64,000 nucleotides of DNA from Octopus vulgaris (Eukaryota), in assembly GCA_951406725.2 (NCBI GenBank), contig OX597817.1, positions 119,660,001-119,724,000 of the forward strand, read 5' to 3'. Below, in pieces: positions 55,340 through 64,000 of this stretch. Position 1 is the first letter of the stretch. Each line of letters starts with the position of its first letter. The translations under genes and the position numbers were made by a program. The notes beneath the pieces were generated by a model. The model was not told the DNA's origin. It did not search any database and saw only the letters and a program-made list of their open reading frames with translations.

Positions 55340-55745
55340 AGGAAACAAGATAGACAAATGGTTATGAATACAAAGAATTTCCCTGGTGAAGAATTGACAA
55401 CCCAACATTGATTAGTGTTTAGATAGCCAGTCACAGAAGAAAATCTGGAAAAGGAAGCAATGGAAACTTTAAGGTCAAGCAAAGAATCAGAAAGTTAATA
55501 AAATACTAGTTGAAGCAGTTGATGGTAGATGATGGAGATTTATAGCATAAAGACAACTGGAAGCTCCTAGAGAACAACCTGTTGAGGGCTATAGACAATG
55601 TATGTGGCTGGTGCAAAGTTTCAGTCAGATGAAGGGTTATGTGGTGGTGGAACAGTGAGGTTAACAGAGACAGGTTTAGAAAGACAGGAAGAATGTGGGC
55701 AACAGAGAATTATACCACATAGATAGAAGAGAAACTAAGTGACAA
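55340..55745 (+). pseudogene. Decayed RTE LINE endonuclease-end/linker fragment
   Basis: Remnants FPGEELTTQH and DNWKLLENNLLRAIDNVCGWCK..WWWNSEV, typical of the RTE region between endonuclease and RT. Confidence 0.6.
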
Positions 55746-55849
55746 GTCTGTTCCTCCAATCATGCTTTAGCTTCTCAACACCTAGCTTAAAGCAACCCTC
55801 AATTTCTTACCCACCATTTCATTGAAGATGATTGTTCATACTTTTAAAT

Positions 55850-56065
55850 TACAAGGCAACTCATTAGCACTGGTGCCACAAAAAAGTGCTCAGTGCACTC
55901 CGTAAAGCAGTTGGTATTAAGAAGGGTATCCAGCTGTAGAAATCATTCTAAAACTGCAACATGGGAGCAATACAAGTCCTTTCACACATTGGATTCAGAG
56001 AAAACATGCAACCCATAATAGCTTGAAAAGCAGGTATAAAATGAAGAAAATGATGATGATGATGA
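55850..56065 (+). mobile_element. RTE-tail repeat, decayed
   Basis: GCACTGGTGCCACAAAAAAGTG...GAAGGGTATCCAGCTGTAGAAA...(TGA)n. Confidence 0.65.
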
Positions 56066-56354
56066 CTGCAATGTTAGAGCTTTGGAAAGATGAATGACTA
56101 TTCTTACTTAAGATTATAAACAGCTCAAATTAGGAAATAGCTGCAGTTAAAAAAATCTGATTATTACCAAGACAGATATTTTTTTAGGAATTTACTTTAA
56201 TAAATGCCAGTAGCATTAAGTTACATTTGCCATCATCTTCAACTTCCAACGGCAGTATTAGATGGCCACAATCTTCCTTACTCATGGCAGAGTTTATGAA
56301 TGATTATGCACTCACAGTCCCACCATTGTGGGATTTAATTAAATTCCTTAAGGG

Positions 56355-56580
56355 AAATTTTAACCCAGAATGCAATGAGCCAGAATAGAATACAGCGAGA
56401 CATCTTGTCTAATGCTCTAACAATTTCATCAATTCATTGCCCTGGACTTATGCTTTATCAACCCTGAAAGGATGAAAAGTAAAGATGACTTCAGCAGGCT
56501 TTGAACTTAAGAGATAAGAGAACCATAGCAAATTCAGCAAGGCATTTTGTTTGACACTCTTATGCCTTAGCCAGTTTGTC
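56355..56580 (-). mobile_element. Two adjacent partial SINE family B copies
   Basis: CTCTAACAATTTC...TCATTGCC and CCCTGAAAGGATGAAAAGTAAAG...TTTGAACT...GGCATTTTGT. Confidence 0.6.
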
Positions 56581-56974
56581 ATAAAATTAATCTAGTATGT
56601 CATCCTTCTCAACATGTATGATATGGAGAATGTTCTTCGTCTATAAAAGACATTATTTATTTGCTAAATTTATCTGACATTATTTATTTACTAAATTATC
56701 ATTCAAAAATCACAATAGAATAATGGTAAGGACTCACTGAACTACATTTCAAGTTCAGATTTGAAATGTTTGATCTACTAACCTATGATCTCAACAAGTT
56801 TTCCAATCATTCTTTAGAGCACTTCATTTTATTGTCATTTATTCTGGGATTTGAAAATATGCTTGTATGTTACAGAACAAATAAAGCCAACCTAATTTCT
56901 CAGATACTCTTATGCACTCAATATGGTGATAAAAATGATAATATCCTCTCTGAATGCATGGCTATATACTAAGA

Positions 56975-57009
<35 letters not shown>

Positions 57010-58554
57010 AGAGAAAGGAGGAGAGAAATTGAGGTGTTTGTCAAATGTATGCTGGATTGTAGGAGTGCTCCCCAAATAGTTTTCATTTATTAGAACTTGT
57101 TAGAGATGTCATCATCACCATCATCATTTGATGTCAGTTTTCCATGTTAGCACAGTGGCCTATAATTAAATGGGATGCTTGTCAAATGTATGTAGAATTG
57201 AAGGAGTGTTCCCTCAACAGCTTCCTTTTATTATAATTCATTAGAGATGTCCTTAGTCTATATTTAAAAGCTTGTCTCATCACAATTGGAAATTAATTCA
57301 AATATTTCTAGAGCCTAGAAAGTGTTCATGAGAATAAGAGAACAACATAGAAATAATTTTATTAGATGAAGTTTAAATTACCATAAACTTTATAAAACTT
57401 ACAGTCATTGTAGAGGAGTTTCTATTGAAATAAAAACAAAAGGAAATACTCATTCAGCAATTTTGTAAACCATGCAATATTGTTCAATAGTCACAAATTT
57501 AAGATAGTCAGGGTCAAGTTTGTAGAGAGCTGGGATATATATCGCATTTATGTAGACAAAGAAAATTTCTAGTTATATTTAATGTGCTTATTGTATTGTC
57601 ATTCTCTTCTCAAACTTGCTTTAGTGAAATAGTAAAATGCAGCAATGGTTTTCAATGACAAAAACTTATAATGATCTTAATTATTGAATTATATGGGGAG
57701 GACAGTATTTGAATGAATAGAACATAATTTTGGTCTTAGGTTACCATATTTAAATTTAGAGTGGATTGTATTAACTTGAATTTCTTCAGAAATCAATAAT
57801 CCAAGTAGTGTAATAAGTAATGTAATTGATAAAGCCCACAAAGGACAGATAGTTCTAGTTTCACGTTAGAAGACAGTGGAATTAAAAATCTGACATTGCT
57901 TCAGGATACAATGAAAACTATAATTTATCCAAGTTAATGAGTTTAATATATTAGAATATTGAAATCTAAAACTTAATATCTTAATATATATGCTTTCACT
58001 GAGTATAATATGAAGGTGGTTTCTTTATGCAAGAAAATTATGATTTTAAAAAAGAAATCCTTATAATTAAATTATTTTCTACAAAAATTATATTTCTAAC
58101 CAATGTATTTAGACAAATATTCAGGTTAAACACAAAACACATGATTTCAATAATTATTAATTATTTTGCTAGTGATTTAGAATCTGTGTATTTCCTCTTG
58201 ATGTGTTAATTCTAATATATTGTTCAATTGAACTATCAATGTTATCTCAGTAACAAAAGATTATAAGAAAGACTACATATTAAATTTAACATTCAACAGA
58301 TTTAAGCAACAAATCCAGAACAGGTATGGTACTATGTTTATCCTAATACAAAGACTGAGATACAGATATACTTTTAAATAAAAGAGACAGTAATTTGGCC
58401 TATTTGCAAATCATTTATACTTGTTTGCTTTTAGCTTAGTATACCTGATTGCTTTGTATACTTGATTGCTTTTAGCTTTGTTTGCAAAGAATTTGGCTGT
58501 TCTAGACAACAAATATCATATATATAGAACAAGAAAATATTTTAATTATTCTCG

Positions 58555-58839
58555 TTAACATCATCTTCATCTGGTTGATGTAAAATAGTGATGAGACCTA
58601 TTGAGGCAATGCTCTAATGCCAGATGCCATTCTTATCACCAACCCTTACTTGTTTCTCAAGTAAATAATTTTTTTATTCTTCTGGTCTTCACACATCAAA
58701 ACTGATAAAAACTACTGAGATAGGAGACAAATTATTTATAAGTGGCATAAACAAATGTCACTGTGTCAAACAGTGTCAGTGTGAAGACATACAGAAATAA
58801 TAGACACTATCATACATATATATATATATATATATATAT

Positions 58840-58898
<59 letters not shown>

Positions 58899-59060
58899 GA
58901 GACAGACAATTGACTGATAGATAAGATAGGCTTCTGCATAGTCTCTATCTGCTAAATTTCATGTACAAATTATTAATCAGTCCAAAATTCTTTCCTTAAG
59001 TACCACACAATGAATTGGAACTGAAAACTTGTTTGTAAAGTAAACTTTATAATCCCACTG
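58555..59060 (-). mobile_element. Decayed composite SINE with internal (TA)n(GA)n
   Basis: Same layout as 9830-10235: CCAGATGCC..CCAACCCTTACTTGTTTC and GGCTTCTGCATAGTCTCTATCT. Confidence 0.55.
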
Positions 59061-60256
59061 CGTTACAAATCTAGCAAACAGCCAACATCTTCAGACATTG
59101 CAAAAGGTAACAAAGTTGTTGAAATAGTTTATTAACAAAGAATAAAGTGCATGAAATGATAGACTAATTATTAATAAACTATTTCAATTTCTTACATTTC
59201 CATAATTTACCATGATGTAATTTTTTTTTTTTTCAATTAAGTTCCACAGTGTCTGGTTATAATTGAGGGGAAACTCTTTGGAACATATGATTTAGATTGA
59301 ATTGCATATAAATTTTAGGTTCCCTTATTTTAAAATTCAATGAAAAACCGCACCAAGAAACATAAATTGACCGTTAGCTGGTTAATGTGAGGAAACCAAA
59401 CATCTTCCTAATGAAAATTAATTTGTTGAATTTGCTATCTTACAAAGTGTCAGAAACAGATATGTAAATATGCTACAGTATCTTACTGAATTTCATGCTT
59501 AAATGTCAAGTGATTATAAGTCTAACAAGAGACAATGTCTTTAAGAGATTGGTTGCAATAGCTAACAAATTTCCTAAAATAGTTTATAGACATATGTATT
59601 TAAGTGTATAAATGAATATGATTGTATATAGACATACAGACAGGTGTAAATGTATATTTCTGCATCCATATTAAATATCAAATATAGATATCTTACAAAG
59701 ACAAGTTAAACTGAAAACATATTGAGATTTTATGAAAGAGTTTTAAATAACATGGAAATCAATTGAAGAAAAGATATATTATGAAGTATATCATATGGAA
59801 TTTCAAGCAGAACAAAGCATAACATTTTAACATTAAAAAAAGCAGTAACATTAATATCTAGCTAAATTTGAACAACAAATCTTTAGAAAATATACTGCCA
59901 AGCATTGAATGTCAGAATAACCAGAAGGAAGATTGTATTTTGTTATATAAGAAGTCTATTATTTGTTTTGTGAAAGGACAAGGATTTGGCTGAAATAGTA
60001 CAGCACCAGACAAAATGCCTTTGAGATTTTAGTTGTAACCTAAGATTTTTACTAGGTTTCAGTGTGCATTGCATTTTATTTACAATGCACAACTTAAATA
60101 TGAATATGAGTCCAGAAAGAATTTAATTGACCATACCACTCTAATCTAGTAATCAGTGGCTGCATAATGGATGAGATAATAAGAATGGATTGTGTTATTC
60201 ATAGTTTAAGTTACCTTAACTATCATTTCCATTACATACTACTACTACTAATAAGC

Positions 60257-60635
60257 TGGCCTCCGTGCTGATGGCATGTAAAAACACCATTTGAGCGTGA
60301 TCATTAACTGCGTCGCCTTACTAGCACTTGTGCTGGTGGCATGTATAAAAAACATTCGAGCAAGGTCGTTGCCAGTGCCGCTGGACTGGCTCCTGTGCAG
60401 GTGGCACATAAAAAGCACCATTTGAGCGTGGCCGTTGCCAGTACCACCTAACTGGCCCTTGTGCCAGTGACACATAAAAGCACCCACTACACTCTCAGAG
60501 TGGTTGGCATTAGGAAGGGCATCCAGCTGTAGAAACTCTGCCAGATCAGATTGGAGTCTGGTGCAGCCATCTGGTTTGCCAGTCTTCAGTCAAATTGTCC
60601 AACCCATGCTAGAATGGAAAGCGGACATTAAACGA

Positions 60636-60636
<1 letters not shown>
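60257..60636 (+). mobile_element. RTE-type 3' UTR / RTE-tail repeat, followed by (AAT)n
   Basis: Closely matches 21100-21479 (GCCAGTGCC units, CACCCACTACACTCT, GGGCATCCAGCTGTAGAAAC, GGAAAGCGGACATTAAACGATG). Confidence 0.85.
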
Positions 60637-60680
<44 letters not shown>

Positions 60681-60714
60681 TTAATAATAATAATAATTAT
60701 AAAAATAATAATAA

Positions 60715-60951
60715 TATTTCAAATTTTTGTAGAAGGGCAATAAAAATAATAATCATTTCTGCTATAGGCAGAAATTTTGGAGGGAGAAGGCTAACCAACT
60801 ACATTGACCCCCAGTGTGCAAATGGTATTTCTATCATCAGCCTTGAAACGATGAACGGCAAACTTGACTGTGGCAGAATTTGAATTCAGGAAGTAAAGAG
60901 ATGAAATGCCACTAAGCATTTTATCTCAAGTGCTAACAATTCTGCCAGCTC
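60715..60951 (-). mobile_element. SINE family B copy
   Basis: GATGAACGGCAAACTTGAC...GAATTTGAATTCAGG...TGCTAACAATTCTGCCAGCTC. Confidence 0.8.
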
Positions 60952-61158
60952 AATAGTAAGGTCAGTTAGATCATTCCACAGACATGACAACTTCATGAAT
61001 TCAAACCAAGAACACAAAACGAAAGAATTAAATTTTCCAAATCACTGGGTCCAGTATGCTATTATGTTCATAACTCTTCTATCAAAAATAGTAGGAAAAA
61101 CATTATTAGCATCATCATAATTATTATTATTATTATTATCACTATACCACTATTATTT

Positions 61159-61360
61159 AGGTGTTGAACAAGCAGAATTGTTAGCATGCCAAACAAAATG
61201 CTTCAGACTCTTTATATTTTCATTTCAAATCCCACTGGATTGGCTTTGCCTTTCATCCTTCAGGAGTCAATAAAGTACTAGTGTTGATAATAAAGTACTA
61301 CATCAACATCACCCACTCCCTAAAGCTGCTCACCATGTACCAAAAAAATGGAAAGAATCA
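61159..61360 (+). mobile_element. SINE family B copy, head-to-head with 60715-60951
   Basis: GCAGAATTGTTAGCATGCCAAACAAAATGCTT...CTTTGCCTTTCATCCTT. Confidence 0.8.
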
Positions 61361-61440
61361 GTATTATTTTTACTGTGGTTGTGGCTTCTGATACAGGTGC
61401 AAGGTCAGTAATTTTGCAGCATTGCACCTAAATCAGAAAC

Positions 61441-61485
<45 letters not shown>

Positions 61486-62190
61486 GTGATGAGAACTCAC
61501 TGCTTATTTTGCTGGGTATGATAGAAAGCATCAGCTGTCCACAGCCAGCAGACTAAGGTAACACTTGTTTACTGGTCATGCTTCAAGATCCCCGTGAAGG
61601 ATTCTTGCAGCTTCAAGCAATGCCAACTTTTGCTGCTGTTCTACATTCACACTTGAACCAATCTTTTTCAGCCATGTTGACAGTCGAGTGCTGATGCTTC
61701 CAAGTGCACCAATTGCCATTGGTATCACGTCTACTCTTTTCATTGACCACAACTTTAGTATTTCCTACTTCAAATCGTCATAGTTGTTTATTTTTTCTTC
61801 TTCTTTCACACTGATCCTGTTGTCACCAGGGAATGCTATGTCGATTATCAAGCATGTTCTTCCCTTTTTATTCACTACAACTATGTATGGTTTCTCAGGT
61901 GATCACACTGCCAGGTGATCACACTGCCAGGTGATCACACTGCCAGGTGATCACACTGGATCATTGCATCCCATAGGATTTTGCAATACTCATTGTCAGT
62001 GACTCCTTCCGGGATTTTCTCATACCATGTCTTTGCTTTGTAGGCCATGATTTCCACAGAGCTCCCAATAGATCATTCTTGCCACATTGTCATGACATCT
62101 TTTATATTCATGTTGTACCAATTTCAAACATTTGCTAATGATGTGCCATACCGTTTCACCCCTCTCACCACACATTCTGCATTATTATCA
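61486..62190 (-). mobile_element. R4/Dong-clade non-LTR retrotransposon 3' fragment (zinc knuckle plus restriction-like endonuclease)
   Basis: The - strand gives RMCG..GETVWHIISKC, CHDNVARMIYWELCG, KILWDAMIQCDH and KPYIVVVNKKGRTCLIIDIAFPGDNRISVKEEEKINNYDDLK*EILKLWSMKRVDVIPMAIGALG. The 3' end abuts (TAA)n at 61442-61485. Confidence 0.85.
61896..61959. repeat. 16-bp tandem repeat x4 (CAGGTGATCACACTGC) inside the R4/Dong fragment
   Basis: Three perfect copies plus a fourth differing in its last base. Confidence 0.95.
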
Positions 62191-62350
62191 CTACTACAAT
62201 TATTATTGAGTGAGAGAACAGTGCATGCCATCAGTGACCCTGGCATACAAATATATGAAGCCCAATATACCCAGCTTGACTACCCATCTGATGAGAGTAC
62301 ACCAAGCACATGCATCCCAACCATATGTGTGCAACATGGTGACCTCATAT

Positions 62351-62680
62351 CATCCTTTTGGATTCAATAAAATAAGTACCAGTTGAGTACTGGGGTTGAT
62401 ATAATAAACTTTACCTCACCCCTGAAATTGCTAACCTTGTGCCAAAATTTGAAACCATTATTATTATTATTCCTATTATTATAAGTAATTTCATTAGCAC
62501 ACAAGACAAAATTCTCAGCAACATTTAATCTGTCTTTGCATTCTGAGTTCAAATTCTGGGGGTCAACATTGCCTTTCATGTTTTTGAGATTAATGAAATA
62601 AAAGAGCAATGGTGATCACCATGATTAATTAGTTCGTTCTCTCAAAATTTCAGGCATTCTGCATATAGTAGAAAGGATTA
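62351..62680 (+). mobile_element. Two SINE family B pieces (3' half 62351-62457; copy 62496-62680)
   Basis: AAAATAAGTACCAGTTGAGTACTGGGGTTGAT...CCTTGTGCCAAAATTTGAAACC and TTCTGAGTTCAAATTC..TGCCTTTCAT. Confidence 0.8.
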
Positions 62681-64000
62681 TTATTATAAGTAGTAGCAGC
62701 AAAAGTAGCGGTAGTAATAGTAATGTTCTTGCTATTTGTATAATCATGAATGTATTGTATCCTGTAGTCGGGAATAACTAGTGCACTAACAAGCTTCTGT
62801 TCTCAGAAAAGACCCTGTATGTATATAACCTCTGAGTTATTTACTTATCCATTTATTTATATCACATTTTGTTTACAATATCCTCGTCAGTTACTGCTCT
62901 CCAATGACTCATTCAATACATACACACACATACATACATACACACACATGTATACAAATGATAAGTCCCCTTATCATTTACACAAACTTCTTAATAACTG
63001 ACGTTAGTCACCCATTTTTCATACCTCCTACCTACTCACTGCAGCTTACACCCATTCTCTTTTCACATTCATTAAACCCCTTGACTGTAGTCTTCTGTTG
63101 ACTATCATAGATCAGGGATTCCAAGATATCTGGTCAACTTTTTAGTCTTTCATGCTCTCAGGCACTTCAAATATGCTAGGAATCTGAATTAGGTATACCA
63201 GACAAATGAACAAGATTATCATGCTTTTGTACCATATTATATATATATATATCCTCCTCATTATCATCATCATTTCCTTTTAAAGTCCACTTTTCCATGG
63301 TAACATGGGTCAGACTCATATATATCAAAAGTTATTTATAGCAAAATGAGAAAGAATGTATTAAAAGTACATAAAAGTTAAATTACTATAAAATAAAAAA
63401 TACAATAAAACATTTAAATGCAAAAGGTACATCCATATTACCCTGCATAAATACACACACACACACATAAACACACACATACACTATGTGTGTTATATGC
63501 AAATATGTTCTAAAGAATGCCTACCAAAATTCTACTCAACAAATATTTGTCAATCTGAGTTTGTGCAATAAGCCAAAACTCAAAAAGAATCATATGGTTA
63601 TGATGTGAATTTCTAAACCACAGTGCCAACAAAACCTGTGCTGAGAAAGGTATTTTTTGAAAAAGTTTTTTGGCATTCATGCTACTAAAAAGTTTCATGG
63701 TATTTAATAAATGATTAACATCCGTGTTCACTTTTAATTCTTAATCAAAAGAATACACTTTCTAACTCCATTCTGATCCTTCTTCAATATTGAAATGGAG
63801 ATGAATGTTGAGCAAGAAACAGAGATTGGAAATCATATTTCATGAAGAGTAACATGAAGATGTTTTTGGAGAATATAATATAGACTTTCTGTCAGTGTCA
63901 ACCGAATTTATCATCACTACTTTAATCTTGATGTCAAAAACTGTAATTTGGAAACCATATTATTGCTTATTTTTATTTTCTCAAATTGACACCCGTTATT

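Noticed and set aside
61896-61959. CRISPR-like array (also 26314-26398)
   Set aside because: Head-to-tail tandem units with no unique spacers, no cas genes, and a eukaryotic context.

Overview
AT-rich, microsatellite-rich metazoan DNA with no recognisable intact protein-coding gene, rRNA or tRNA gene. The repeat families look like those I recall from coleoid cephalopod (Octopus-type) genomes; this is recall, not a search result. The window reads as a large intron or intergenic tract. A qualitative A>T excess on the + strand in lines I counted suggests a host gene transcribed on the - strand, and a few low-confidence candidate exons exist. Contents: at least four tRNA-derived SINE families (some with clear TSDs), decayed RTE, CR1-like and R4/Dong-like (RLE) non-LTR retrotransposon pieces, a complete non-autonomous Helitron, hAT-, piggyBac- and pogo/Tc2-type MITEs with TIRs and TSDs, and a mariner/Tc1-superfamily transposase 3' fragment. 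Nearly all listed ORFs are microsatellite or AT-rich noise. The most interesting signal is a Pol III (tRNA-head) SINE at 24261-24617 carrying an intact Penelope-type minimal hammerhead ribozyme fold, with several decayed hammerhead-like motifs elsewhere. Also notable are a ~150-bp inverted repeat and head-to-head SINEs (possible ADAR substrates), and a ~75-bp duplication flanking a tiny RTE-tail insertion.
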